Source: the human T2T-CHM13v2.0 reference genome, Homo sapiens. Taken from it: DNA of 64,000 nt. The translations under genes were made by a program, and so were the position numbers. The notes under the pieces were generated by a model. The model had not been told where the DNA came from and searched no databases. It saw nothing but the letters and a program-made list of their open reading frames with translations. How positions within the stretch are numbered: position 1 is the stretch's first letter; every line of letters begins with the position of its first letter. Of this stretch, positions 35,234 to 54,565 are shown in pieces. The stretch is from assembly GCF_009914755.1 (NCBI RefSeq), contig NC_060948.1, one strand, 5' to 3'.

Positions 35234-37324
35234 AGATCCATATTTTTTAAATGAAAAAAAATTTGAAAGGTACTCTGCTTGGTAGAATAATCAAATGTAT
35301 AAACTGAGGAATAAAACATAACCATGAAAGCTACTTATAACTGCATATGGAAAATACAGAGGATAATTTTTTAAATAACATATTTTGAAGGCCTTAACTA
35401 GTAATTTGAAGAGTTGGCATTTGAAAGGACAGTATGAATATACCTTCAAAGCAGCAACACAGGTTCCCCATGAGAAAACGCAAACTCAGGGAAAATAAAA
35501 CCACAAAGGTTCAATCTCTTCTGATCTTTGAAAGACACAGCACAGACAGTGGTCCTTAGGACGAAGAGCAGGAGACCCCTAATTCCGTCACCATGGCGAT
35601 AGGGCATAAACATTGCTGGGTGAGGGCACAATCCACATTGTGAGGTCCAACTGCTGCCAGGAAGACAGGATTGCTTTTACATAGACCGAAAGGTCATTGA
35701 AGGCTCAGAGTTTTGTTTCAAGGACTGAATCCCAAGCCCACACCTTATTAGGCTGCGCTTCTTAAAACAAGTTATGAGATGGGAAAAAGGGCACCCACAA
35801 ACATACGTATACATTATGTATATAAAAATACACAGTATCATATATATAATATATATAACCTATGTATAATATTGTTTTACATCCTGCATCTTATACTATA
35901 TATATTGTATAAAATATAATAATTGATAATATATAAGTTTTATATTTATACAATATGACATATAGTATATATTATAATTTATGACATATATATTATAAGT
36001 TATATATCATATATAGAATATATTATACGGTTAATATAAGTATTAAATATAAATTATATATTATATACATTATATGTAATATATCTGTTATATATAATAC
36101 CCATTATGCATAATATATATATTATGTCTATGTTATATATAGTATAAAACAACATATAATAATATATAATTGTATATAAAAAATGTGACATATAATATAT
36201 ATTATATTTTATGACATATGTAATATATATTATATATTATATATAATACGTTGTATGTATAATACCTATATTATATATATATGATATGACTATGTTATTA
36301 ATCATATGTGACATGTGTTATATATTATTTATTTTACATAGAACATAGTGGTTACATACAATATATACTATGTTACCTGTAATGTATAATTTATTACATG
36401 TAAAATAAAGAATGCAATATATTATGTATAATTTATAATATACAATATGTGGAATGTGATATATATAACATATATGATATATGATATACAGTATATGATA
36501 TATAACATACAATATATGATACCTAATATATATGGTATACAATATATATTTTATGATATGTATTCTATATGTTTTATATTCTGTTATATATAACTATTTG
36601 AAATTATATATTAGTGTATAATATTTTATGTAAATATGTAATATAATATATATAACTATATAATATATTATATATAACTATATATTATGTTATATATACT
36701 TTTATAACATAATTTACATAAAATGTCATAATATAATATAGATTATATTATTTCATATTACATAATATATATTGCATATCACCCAATATAAGTAACATAC
36801 ATAATATTATAATATAGATTATATTATGTTATATTAAATATCATATATATCATGTATCATATATTCTATAATATATATTATACATTTTATAATATGTATG
36901 TTGTCTATTATGTGATATATATAACTATATATAATTATATTATTATACATATAACTAGATAAACATGTAATTCTACATATTTTCATTTATAATATATAGA
37001 ATTATATAATCATATATAATTATTTATATTCTATAAAAAATTATATCATTATATAAATTATAATATATAAAAATTATAATACGTACTACAAATATATATA
37101 TTATATATCATATGTGATATAGTACCTTTGTTATATATCATAGTACATATAAATGTGTATTATGTTATCTATAATTATATAAATTCATATATAAGATGTA
37201 TAATATGTATTATATATTATATATGTTATGTAATATATATAGTATATATAAGATGACACAAGATAAATATTATATACTATGACATATAAAATATATGAGG
37301 TTATATGTTACATATAAGGCATAG

Positions 37325-37646
<322 letters not shown>

Positions 37647-39746
37647 AGATCCATATTTTTTAAATGAAAAAAAATTTCAAAGGTACTCTGCTTGGTACAA
37701 TAATCAAATGTATAAACTGAGGAATAAAACATAACCATGAAAGCTACTTATAACTGCATATGGCAAATACAGAGGATAATTTTTTAAGTAACATATTTTG
37801 AAAGCCTTAACTAGTAATTTGAAGAGTTGGCATTTGAAAGGACAGTATGAATATACCTTCAAAGCAGCAACACAGGTTCCCTATGAGAAAAAGCAAACTC
37901 AGGGAAAATAAAACCACAAAGGTTCAATCTCTTCTGACCTTTGAAAGACACAGCACAGACAGTGGTCCTTCGGAGGAAGAGCAGGAGACCCCTAATTCCG
38001 TCACCATGGCGATAGGGCATAAACATTGCTGGGTGAGGGCACAATCCACATTGTGAGGTCCAACTGCTGCCAGGAAGACAGGAGTGCTTTTACATAGACC
38101 GAAAGGTCATTGAAGGCTCAGAGTTTTGTTTCAAGAACTGAATCCCAAGCCCACACGTTATTAGGCTGCGCTTCTTAAAACAAGTTATGAGATGGGAAAA
38201 AGGGCACCCACAAACATACGTATACATTATGTATATAATAATATACAGTATCATATATATAATATATATAACCTATGTATAATATTGTTTTACATCCTGC
38301 ATCTTATACTATATATATTGTATAAAATATAATAATTGATAATATATAAGTTTTATATTTATACAATATGACATATAGTATATATTATAATTTATGACAT
38401 ATATATTATAAGTTATATATCATATATAGAATATATTATACGGTTAATATAAGTATTAAATATAAATTATATATTATATACATTATATGTAATATATCTG
38501 TTATATATAATACCCATTATGCATAATATATATATTATGTGTATGTTATATATAGTATAAAACAACATATAATAATATATAATTGTATATAAAAAATGTG
38601 ACATATAATATATATTATATTTTATGACATATGTAATATATATTATATATTATATATAATACGTTGTATGTATAATACCTATATTAAATATATATGATAT
38701 GACTATGTTATTAATTATATGTGACATGTGTTATATATTATATATTTTACATACAATATACCGGTTACATACAATATATACTATCTTACCTACAATGTAT
38801 AATTTATTACATGTAAAATAAAGAATGCAATATATTATGTATAATTTATAATATACAATATGTGGAATGTGATATATATAACATACATGATATATGATAT
38901 ACAGTATATGATATATAACATACAATATATGATACCTAATATATATGGAATACAATATATATTTTATGATATGTATTCTATATGTTTTATATTCTGTTAT
39001 ATATAACTATTTGAAATTATATATAACTGTATAATATTTTATGTAAATATGTAATATAATATATATAACTATATAATATATTATATATAACTATATATTA
39101 TGTTATATATACTTTTATAACATAATTTACATAAAATATCATAATATAATATATATTATATTATTTCATATTACATAATATATATTACATATCACCCAAT
39201 ATAAGTAACATACATAATATTATAATATAGATTATATTATGTTATATTAAATATCATATATATCATGTATCATATATTCTATAATATATATTATACATTA
39301 TATAATATGTATGTTGTCTATTCTGTGATATATATAACTATATATATAATTACATTATTATACATATAACTAGATAAACATGTAATTCTACATATTTTCA
39401 TTTATAATATATAGAATTATATAATCATATATAATTATTTATATTCTATAAAAAATTATATCATTATATAAATTATAATATATAAAAATTATAATATGTA
39501 CTAAAAACAGATATATTATATATCATATATGATATAGTACCTTTGTTATATATCATAGTACATATAAATGTGTATTATGTTATCTATAATTATATAAATT
39601 CATATATAAGGTGTATAATATGTATTATATATTATATGTGTTATGTAATATATATAGTATATATAAGATGACACAGGATAAATATTATATACTATGACAT
39701 ATAAAATATATGAGGTTATATGTTACATATAAGGCATAGCACATAA

Positions 39747-40061
<315 letters not shown>

Positions 40062-42168
40062 AGATCCATATTTTTTAAATGAAAAAAAATTTCAAAGGTA
40101 CTCTGCTTGGTACAATAATCAAATGTATAAACTGAGGAATAAAACATAACCATGAAAGCTACTTATAACTGCATATGGAAAATACAGAGGATAATTTTTT
40201 AAGTAACATATTTTGAAAGCCTTAACTAGTAATTTGAAGAGTTGGCATTTGAAAGGACAGTATGAATATACCTTCAAAGCAGCAACACAGGTTCCCCATG
40301 AGAAAAAGCAAACTCAGGGAAAATAAAACCACAAAGGTTCAATCTCTTCTGACCTTTGAAAGACACAGCACAGACAGTGGTCCTTAGGAGGAAGAGCAGG
40401 AGACCCCTAATTCCGTCACCATGGCGATAGGGCATAAACATTGCTGGGTGAGGGCACAATCCACATTGTGAGGTCCAACTGCTGCCAGGAAGACAGGAGT
40501 GCTTTTACATAGACCGAAAGGTCATTGAAGGCTCAGAGTTTTGTTTCAAGAACTGAATCCCAAGCCCACACGTTATTAGGCTGCGCTTCTTAAAACAAGT
40601 TATGAGATGGGAAAAAGGGCACCCACAAACATATGTATACATTATGTATATAATAATATACAGTATCATATATATAATATATATAACCTATGTATAATAT
40701 TGTTTTACATCCTGCATCTTATACTATATATATTGTATAAAATATAATAATTGATAATATATAAGTTTTATATTTATACAATATGACATATAGTATATAT
40801 TATAATTTATGACATATATATTATAAGTTATATATCATATATAGAATATATTATACGGTTAATATAAGTATTAAATATAAATTATATATTATATACATTA
40901 TATGTAATATATCTGTTATATATAATACCCATTATGCATAATATATATATTATGTCTATGTTATATATAGTATAAAACAACATATAATAATATATAATTG
41001 TATATAAAAAATGTGACATATAATATATATTATATTTTATGACATATGTGATATATATTATATATTATATATAATACGTTGTATGTATAATACCTATATT
41101 AAATATATATGATATGACTATGTTATTAATTATATGTGACATGTGTTATATATTATATATTTTACATACAATATACCGGTTACATACAATATATACTATC
41201 TTACCTACAATGTATGATTTATTACATGTAAAATAAAGAATGCAATATATTATGTATAATTTATAATATACAATATGTGAAATGTGATATATATAACATA
41301 TAATATATGATATATGATATACAGTATATGATATATAACATACAATATATGATACCTAATATATATGGTATACAATATATATTTTATGATATGTATTCTA
41401 TATGTTTTATATTCTGTTATATATAACTATTGGAAATTATATATAACTGTATAATATTTTATGTAAATATGTAATATAATATATATAACTATATAATATA
41501 TTATATATAACTATATATTATGTTATATATACTTTTATAACATAATTTACATAAAATATCATAATATAATATATTTTATATTATTTCATATTACATAATA
41601 TATATGTTACATATCACCCAATATAAGTAACATACATAATATTATAATATAGATTATATTATGTTATATTAAATATCATATATATCATGTATCATATATT
41701 GTATAATATATATTATACATTATATAATATGTATGTTGCCTATTATGTGATATATATAACTATATATATAATTACATTATTATACATATAACTAGATAAA
41801 CATGTAATTCTACATATTTTCATTTATAATATATAGAATTATATAATCATATATAATTATTTATATTCTATAAAAAATTATATCATTATATAAATTATAA
41901 TATATAAAAATTATAATATGTACTAAAAACAGATATATTATATATCATATATGATATAGTACCTTTGTTATATATCATAATACATATAAATGTGTATTAT
42001 GTTATCTATAATTATATAATTTCGTATATAAGATGTATAATATGTATTATATATTTTATATGTTATGTAATATATATAGTATATATAAGATGACACAGGA
42101 TAAATATTATATACTATGACATATAAAATATATGAGGTTATATGTTACATATAAGGCATAGCACATAA

Positions 42169-42483
<315 letters not shown>

Positions 42484-44588
42484 AGATCCATATTTTTTAA
42501 ATGAAAAAAAATTTCAAAGGTACTCTGCTTGGTACAATAATCAAATGTATAAACTGAGGAATAAAACATAACCATGAAACCTACTTATAACTGCATATGG
42601 AAAATACAGAGGATAATTTTTTAAATAACATATTTTGAAAGCCTTAACTAGTAATTTGAAGAGTTGGCATTTGAAAGGCCAGTATGAATATACCTTCAAA
42701 GCAGCAACACAGGTTCCCCATGAGAAAAAGCAAACTCAGGGAAAATAAAACCACAAAGGTTCAATCTCTTCTGACCTTTGAAAGACACAGCACAGACAGT
42801 GGTCCTTAGGACGAAGAGCAGGAGAACCCTAATTCCGTCACCATGGCGATAGGGCATAAACGTTGCTGGGTGAGGGCACAATCCACATTGTGAGGTCCAA
42901 CTGCTGCCAGGAAGACAGGAGTGGTTTTACATAGACCGAAAGTTCATTGAAGGTTCAGAGTTTTGTTTCAAGAACTGAATCCCAAGCCCACACGTTATTA
43001 GGCTGCGCTTCTTAAAACAAGTTATGAGATGGGAAAAAGGGCACCCACAAACATACGTATACATTATGTATATAATAATATACAGTATCATATATATAAT
43101 ATATATAACCTATGTATAATATTGTTTTACATCCTGCATCTTATACTATATATATTGTATAAAATATAATAATTGATAATATATAAGTTTTATATTTATA
43201 CAATATGACATATATTATATATTATAATTTATGACATATATATTATATGTTATATATCATATGTAGAATATATTATACGGTTAATATACGTATTAAATAT
43301 AAATTATATATTATATACATTATATATAATATATCTGTTATATATAATACCCATTATGCATAATATATATATTATGTCTATGTTATATATAGTATAAAAC
43401 AACATATAATAATATATAATTGTATATATAAAAGGTGACATATAATATATATTATATTTTATGACATATGTAATATATATTATATATTATATATAATACG
43501 TTGTATGTATAATACCTATACTAAATATATATGATATGACTATGTTATTAATTACATGTCACATGTGTTATATATTATATATTTTACATACAATATACCG
43601 GTTACATACAATATATACTATGTTACCTACAATGTATAATTTATTACATGTAAAATAAAGAATGCAGTATATTATGTATAATTTATAATACACAATATGT
43701 GGAATGTGATATATATAACATATAATATATGATATATGATATACAGTATATGATATATAACATACAATATATGATACCTAATATATATGGTATACAATAT
43801 ATATTTTATGATATGTATTCTATATGTTTTATATTCTGTTATATATAACTATTTGAAATTATATATAACTGTATAATATTTTATGTAAATATGTAATATA
43901 ATATATATAACTATATAATATATTATATATAAGTATATAATATGTTATATATACTTTTATAACATAATTTACATAAAATATCGTAATATAATATATATTA
44001 TATTATTTCATATTACATAATATATATTACATATCACCCAATAAAAGTAACATACATAATATTATAATATAGATTATATTATGTTATATTAAATATCATA
44101 TATATCATGTATCATATATTCTCTAATATATATTACACATTATATAATATGTATGTTGTCTATTATGTGATATATATAACTATATATATAATTATATTAT
44201 TATACATATAACTAGATAAACATGTAATTCTACATATTTTCATTTATAATATATAGAATTATATAATCATATATAATTATTTATATTCTATAAAAAATTA
44301 TATCATTATATAAATTATAATATATAAAAATTATAATATGTACTACAAATATATATATTATATATCATATTTGATATAGTACCTTTGTTATATATTATAA
44401 TACATATAAATGTGTATTATGTTATCTATAATTATATAATTTCATATATAAGATGTATAATATGTATCATATATTATATATGTTATGTACTATATATAGT
44501 ATATATAAGATGACACAGGATAAATATTATATACTATGACATATTAAATATATGAGGTTATATGTTACATATAAGGCATAGCACATAA

Positions 44589-44903
<315 letters not shown>

Positions 44904-47008
44904 AGATCCATATTTTTTAAATGAAAAAAAATTTCAAAGGTACTCTGCTTGGTACAATAATCAAATGTATAAACTGAGGAATAAAACATAACCATGAAAC
45001 CTACTTATAACTGCATATGGAAAATACAGAGGATAATTTTTTAAATAACATATTTTGAAAGCCTTAACTAGTAATTTGAAGAGTTGGCATTTGAAAGGCC
45101 AGTATGAATATACCTTCAAAGCAGCAACACAGGTTCCCCATGAGAAAAAGCAAACTCAGGGAAAATAAAACCACAAAGGTTCAATCTCTTCTGACCTTTG
45201 AAAGACACAGCACAGACAGTGGTCCTTAGGACGAAGAGCAGGAGACCCCTAATTCCGTCACCATGGCGATAGGGCATAAACATTGCTGGGTGAGGGCACA
45301 ATCCACATTGTGAGGTCCAACTGCTACCAGGAAGACAGGAGTGCTTTTACATAGACCGAAAGGTCATTGAAGGCTCAGAGTTTTGTTTCAAGAACTGAAT
45401 CCCAAGCCCACACGTTATTAGGCTGCGCTTCTTAAAACAAGTTATGAGATGGGAAAAAGGGCACCCACAAACATACGTATACATTATGTATATAATAATA
45501 TACAGTATCATATATATAATATATATAACCTATGTATAATATTGTTTTACATCCTGCATCTTATGTTATATATATTGTATAAAATATAATAATTGATAAT
45601 ATATAAGTTTTATAATTATACAATATGACATATAGTATATATTTTAATTTATGACATATATAATATATGTTATATATCATATACAGAATATATTATACGG
45701 TTAATATACGTATTAAATATAAATTATACATTATATATATTATATATAATATATCTGTTATATATAATACCCATTATGCATAATATATATATTATGTCTA
45801 TGTTATATATAGTATAAAACAACATATAATAATATATAATTGTATATATAAAATGCGACATATAATATATATTATATTTTATAACATATGTAATATATGT
45901 TATATATTATATATAATATGTTGTATGTATAATACCTATATTAAATATATATTATATGACTATGTTATTAATTACATGTCACATGTGTTATATATTATAT
46001 ATTTTACATAGAATATACCGGTGACATACAATATATACTATGTTACCTATAATGTATAATTTATTACATGTAAAATAAAGAATGCAATATATTATGTATA
46101 ATTTATAATATACAATATGTGGAATGTGATATATATAACATATAATATATGATATATGATATACAGTATATGATATATAACATACAATATATGATTCCTA
46201 ATATATATGGTATACAATATATATTTCATGATATGTATTCTATACGTTTTATATTCTGTTATATATAACTATTTGAAATTATATATAACTGTATAATATT
46301 TTATGTAAATATGTAATATAATGTATATAACTATATAATATATTATATATAACTATATATTATGTTATATATACTTTTATAACATAATTTGCATAAAATA
46401 TCATAACATAATATATATTATATTATTTAATATTACATAATATATATTACATATCACCCAATATAACTAACATACATAATATTATAATATAGATTATATT
46501 GTGTTATATTAAATATCATATATATCATGTATCATATATTCTATAATATATATTACGCATTATATAATATGTATGTTGTCTATTATGTGATATATATAAC
46601 TCTATATATAATTATATTTTTATACATATAACTAGATAAACATGTAATTCTACATATTTTCATTTATAATATGTAGAATTATATAATCATATATAATTAT
46701 TTATATTCTATAAAAAATTTTATCATTATATCAATTATAATATATAAAAATTATAATATGTACTACAAATATGTATATTATATATCATATATGATATAGT
46801 ACCTTTGTTATATATCATAATACATATAAATGTGTATTATGTTATCTATAATTATATAATTTCATATATAAGATGTATAATATGTATCATATATTATATA
46901 TGTTATGTAATATATATAGTATATATAAGATGACACAGGATAAATATTATATACTATGACATATAAAATATATCAGGTTATATGTTACATATAAGGCATA
47001 GCACATAA

Positions 47009-47323
<315 letters not shown>

Positions 47324-49451
47324 AGATCCATATTTTTTAAATGAAAAAAAATTTCAAAGGTACTCTGCTTGGTACAATAATCAAATGTATAAACTGAGGA
47401 ATAAAACATAACCATGAAACCTACTTATAACTGCATATGGAAAATACAGAGGATAATTTTTTAAATAACATATTTTGAAAGCCTTAACTAGTAATTTGAA
47501 GAGCTGGCATTTGAAAGGACAGTATGAATATACCTTCAAAGCAGCAACACAGGATCCCCATGAGAAAAAGCAAACACAGGGAAAATAAAAACACAAAGGT
47601 TCAATCTCTTCTGACCTTTGAAAGACACAGCACAGACAGTGGTCCTTAGGACGAAGAGCAGGAGACCCCTAATTCCGTCACCATGGCGATAGGGCATAAA
47701 CATTGCTGGGTGAGGGCACAATCCACATTGTGAGGTCCAACTGCTGCCAGGAAGACAGGAGTGCTTTTACATAGACCGAAAGGTCATTGAAGGCTCAGAG
47801 TTTTGTTTCAAGAACTGAATCCCAAGCCCACACGTTATTAGGCTGCGCTTCTTAAAACAAGTTATGAGATGGGAAAAAGGGCACCCACAAACATACGTAT
47901 ACATTATGTATATAATAATATAAAGTGTCATATATATAATATATATAACCTATGTATAATATTGTTTTACATCCTGCATCTTATGTTATATATATTGTAT
48001 AAAATATAATAATTGATAATATATAAGTTTTATAATTATACAATATGACATATAGTATATATTATAATTTATGACATATATAATATATGTTATATATCAT
48101 ATACAGAATATATTATACGTTTAATATACGTATTAAATATAAATTATACATTATATATATTATATATAATATATCTGTTATATATAATACCCATTATGCA
48201 TAATATATATATTATGTCTATGTTATATATAGTATAAAACAACATATAATAATATATAATTGTATATATAAAATGCGACATATAATATATATTATATTTT
48301 ATAACATATGTAATATATATTATATATTATATATAATACGTTGTATGTATAATACCTATATTAAATATATATTATATGACTATGTTATTAATTACATGTC
48401 ACATGTGTTATATATTATATATTTTACATAGAATATACCGGTTACATACAATATATACTATGTTACCTATAATGCATAATTTATTACATGTAAAATAAAG
48501 AATGCAATATATTATGTATAATTTATAATATACAATATGTGGAATGTGATATATATAACATATAATATATGATATATGATATACAGTATATGATATATAA
48601 CATACAATATATGATTCCTAATATATATGGTATACAATATATATTTTATGATATGTATTCTATATGTTTTATATTCTGTTATATATAACTATTTGAAATT
48701 ATATATAACTGTATAATATTTTATGTAAATATGTAATATAATATATATAACTATATAATATATTATATATAACTATATATTATGTTATATATACTTTTAT
48801 AATATAATTTACATAAAATATCATAATATAATATATATTATATTATTTCATATTACATAATATATATTACATATCACCCAATATAACTAACATACATAAT
48901 ATTATAATACAGATTATATTGTGTTATATAAAATTTCATATATATCATGTATCATATATTCTATAATATATATTACACATTATATAATATGTATGTTGTC
49001 TATTATGTGATATATATAACTATATATATAATTATATTTTTATACATATAACTAGATAAACATGTAATTCTACATATTTTCATTTATAATATGTAGAATT
49101 ATATAATCATATATAATTACTTATATTCCATAAAAAATTATATCATTATATAAATTATAATATATAAAAATTATAATATGTACTACAAATATATATATTA
49201 TATATCATATATGATATAGTACCTTTGTTATATATCATAATACATATAAATGTGTATTATGTTATCTATAATTATATAATTTCATATATAAGATGTATAA
49301 TATGTATCATATATTATATATGTTATGTAATATATATAGTGTATATAAGATGACACAGGATAAATATTATATACTATGACATATAAAATATATGAGGTTA
49401 TATGTTACATATAAGGCATAGCACATAACATGTAATATATATCATATATAA

Positions 49452-49743
49452 TTTTTTTTTAGACAGAATCTTGTCCTGTTGCACAGGGTGGGGTACAATG
49501 GCGCCATCTTTGCTCACTGCAACTTCTGCCTCACGGGTCCAAGCGATTGTCCTCCCTGAGCCTCCCAGGTAGCTGGGACTACACCACACTGGGACTACAC
49601 CAGCTGCCACCATGCCTAGCTAATTTTTTGGATTTTTAGTAGTGACAGCGTTTCACTGTATTGGCCAGGATGGTCTTGATCTCTTCACCTTGTGATCCCC
49701 TTGCCTTGGCCTCCAAATTTGCTGGGATTACAGGCCTGAGCCA
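49452..49743 (-). mobile_element. Alu, unit 21
   Basis: Tandem copy of the unit Alu. Confidence 0.92.
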
Positions 49744-51847
49744 AGATCCATATTTTTTAAATGAAAAAAAATTTCAAAGGTACTCTGCTTGGTACAATAA
49801 TCAAATGTATAAACTGAGGAATAAAACATAACCATGAAACCTACTTATAACTGCATATGGAAAATACAGAGGATAATTTTTTAAATAACATATTTTGAAA
49901 GCCTTAACTAGTAATTTGAAGAGTTGGCATTTGAAAGGCCAGTATGAATATACCTTCAAAGCAGCAACACAGGTTCCCCATGAGAAAAAGCAAACACAGG
50001 GAAAATAAAAACACAAAGGTTCAATCTCTTCTGACCTTTGAAAGACACAGCACAGACAGTGGTCCTTAGGACGAAGAGCAGGAGACCCCTAATTCCGTCA
50101 CCATGGCGATAGGGCATAAACATTGCTGGGTGAGGGCACAATCCACATTGTGAGGTCCAACTGCTGCCAGGAAGACAGGAGTGCTTTTACATAGACCGAA
50201 AGGTCATTGAAGGCTCAGAGTTTTGTTTCAAGAACTGAATCCCAAGCCCACACGTTATTAGGCTGCGCTTCTTAAAACAAGTTATGAGATGGGAAAAAGG
50301 GCACCCACAAACATACGTATACATTATGTATATAATAATATACAGTGTCATATATATAATATATATAACCTATGTATAATATTGTTTTACATCCTGCATC
50401 TTATGTTATATATATTGTATAAAATATAATAATTGATAATATATAACTTTTATAATTATACAATATGACATATAGTATATATTATAATTTATGACATATA
50501 TAATATATGTTATATATCATATACAGAATATATTATACGGTTAATATACGTATTAAATATAAATTATACATTATATATATTATATATAATATATCTGTTA
50601 TATATAATACCCATTATGCATAATATATATATTATGTCTATGTTATATATAGTATAAAACAACATATAAGAATATATAATTGTATATATAAATGCGACAT
50701 ATAATATATATTATATTTTATAACATATGTAATATATATTATATATTATATATAATACGTTGTATGTATAATACCTATATTAAATATATATTATATGACT
50801 ATGTTATTAATTATATGTCACATGTGTTATATATTATATATTTTACATAGAATATACCGGTTACATACAATATATACTATGTTACCTATAATGTATAATT
50901 TATTACATGTAAAATAAAGAATGCAATATATTATGTATAATTTATAATATACAATATGTGGAATGTGATATATATAACATATAATATATGATATATGATA
51001 TACAGTATATGATATATAACATACAATATATGATTCCTAATATATATGGTATACAATATATATTTTATGATATGTATTCTATATGTTTTATATTCTGTTA
51101 TATATAACTATTTGAAATTATATATAACTGTATAATATTTTATGTAAATATGTAATATAATATATATAACTATATAATATATTATATATAACTATATATT
51201 ATGTTATATATACTTTTATATCATAATTTACATAAAATATCATAATATAATATATATTATATTATTTCATATTACATAATATATATTACATATCACCCAA
51301 TATAACTAACATACATAATATTATAATATAGATTATATTGTGTTATATTAAATTTCATATATATCATGTATCATATATTCTATAATATATATTACACATT
51401 ATATAATATGTATGTTGTCTATTATGTGATATATATAACTATATATATAATTATATTTTTATACATATAACTAGATAAACATGTAATTCTACATATTTTC
51501 ATTTATAATATGTAGAATTATATAATCATATATAATTACTTATATTCCATAAAAAATTATATCATTATATAAATTATAATATATAAAAATTATAATATGT
51601 ACTACAAATATATATATTATATATCATATATGATATAGTACCTTTGTTATATATCATAATACATATAAATGTGTATTATGTTATCTATAATTATATAATT
51701 TCATATATAAGATGTATAATATGTATCATATATTATATATGTTATGTAATATATATAGTATATATAAGATGACACAGGATAAATATTATATACTATGACA
51801 TATAAAATATATGAGGTTATATGTTACATATAAGGCATAGCACATAA

Positions 51848-52162
<315 letters not shown>

Positions 52163-54289
52163 AGATCCATATTTTTTAAATGAAAAAAAATTTCAAAGGT
52201 ACTCTGCTTGGTACAATAATCAAATGTATAAACTGAGGAATAAAACATAACCATGAAACCTACTTATAACTGCATATGGAAAATACAGAGGATAATTTTT
52301 TAAATAACATATTTTGAAAGCCTTAACTAGTAATTTGAAGAGTTGGCATTTGAAAGGCCAGTATGAATATACCTTCAAAGCAGCAACACAGGTTCCCCAT
52401 GAGAAAAAGCAAACACAGGGAAAATAAAAACACAAAGGTTCAATCTCTTCTGACCTTTGAAAGACACAGCACAGACAGTGGTCCTTAGGACGAAGAGCAG
52501 GAGACCCCTAATTCCGTCACCATGGCGATAGGGCATAAACATTGCTGGGTGAGGGCACAATCCACATTGTGAGGTCTAACTGCTGCCAGGAAGACAGGAG
52601 TGCTTTTACATAGACCGAAAGGTCATTGAAGGCTCAGAGTTTTGTTTCAAGAACTGAATCCCAAGCCCACACGTTATTAGGCTGCGCTTCTTAAAACAAG
52701 TTATGAGATGGGAAAAAGGGCACCCACAAACATACGTATACATTATGTATATAATAATATAGAGTGTCATATATATAATATATATAACCTATGTATAATA
52801 TTGTTTTACATCCTGCATCTTATGTTATATATATTGTATAAAATATAATAATTGATAATATATAAGTTTTATAATTATACAATATGACATATAGTATATA
52901 TTATAATTTATGACATATATAATATATGTTATATATCATATACAGAATATATTATACGGTTAATATACGTATTAAATATAAATTATACATTATATATATT
53001 ATATATAATATATCTGTTATATATAATACCCATTATGCATAATATATATATTATGTCTATGTTATATATAGTATAAAACAACATATAATAATATATAATT
53101 GTATATATAAATGCGACATATAATATATATTATATTTTATAACATATGTAATATATATTATATATTATATATAATACGTTGTATGTATAATACCTATATT
53201 AAATATATATTATATGACTATGTTATTAATTACATGTCACATGTGTTATATATTATATATTTTACATAGAATATACCGGTTACATACAATATATACCATG
53301 TTACCTATAATGTATAATTTATTACATGTAAAATAAAGAATGCAATATATTATGTATAATTTATAATATACAATATGTGGAATGTGATATATATAACATA
53401 TAATATATGATATATGATATACAGTATATGATATATAACATACAATATATGATTCCTAATATATATGGTATACAATATATATTTTATGATATGTATTCTA
53501 TATGTTTTATATTCTGTTATATATAACTATTTGAAATTATATATAACTGTATAATATTTTATGTAAATATGTAATATAATATATATAACTATATAATATA
53601 TTATATATAACTATATATTATGTTATATATACTTTTATAACATAATTTACATAAAATATCATAATATAATATATATTATATTATTTCATATTACATAATA
53701 TATATTACATATCACCTAATATAATTAACATACATAATATTATAATATAGATTATATTATGTTATATTAAATATCATATATATCATGTATCATATATTCT
53801 ATAATATATATTACACCTTATATAATATGTATGTTGTCTATTATGTGATATATATAACTATATATATAATTAAATTTTTATACATATAACTAGATAAACA
53901 TGTAATTCTACATATTTTCATTTATAATATGTAGAAGTATATAATCATATATATTTATTTATATTCTATAAAAAATTTTATCATTATATAAATTATAATA
54001 TATAAAAATTATAATATGTACTACAAATATATATATTATATATCATATATGATATAGTACCTTTGTTATATATCATAATACATATAAATGTGTATTATGT
54101 TATCTATAATTATATAATTTCATATATAAGATGTATAATATGTATCATATATTATATATGTTATGTAATATATATAGTGTATATAAGATGACACAGGATA
54201 AATATTATATACTATGACATATAAAATATATGAGGTTATATGTTACATATAAGGCATAGCACATAACATGTAATATATATCATATATAA

Positions 54290-54565
54290 TTTTTTTTTAG
54301 ACAGAATCTTGTCCTGTTGCACAGGGTGGGGTACAATGGCGCCATCTTTGCTCACTGCAACTTCTGCCTCACGGGTCCAAGCGATTGTCCTCCCTGAGCC
54401 TCCCAGGTAGCTGGGACTACACCAGCTGCCACCATGCCTAGCTAATTTTTTGGATTTTTAGTAGTGACAGCGTTTCACTGTATTGGCCAGGATGGTCTTG
54501 ATCTCTTCACCTTGTGATCCCCTTGCCTTGGCCTCCAAATTTGCTGGGATTACAGGCCTGAGCCA
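54290..54565 (-). mobile_element. Alu, unit 23 (single copy of internal 16-mer)
   Basis: Tandem copy of the unit Alu, 16 bp shorter. Confidence 0.92.
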
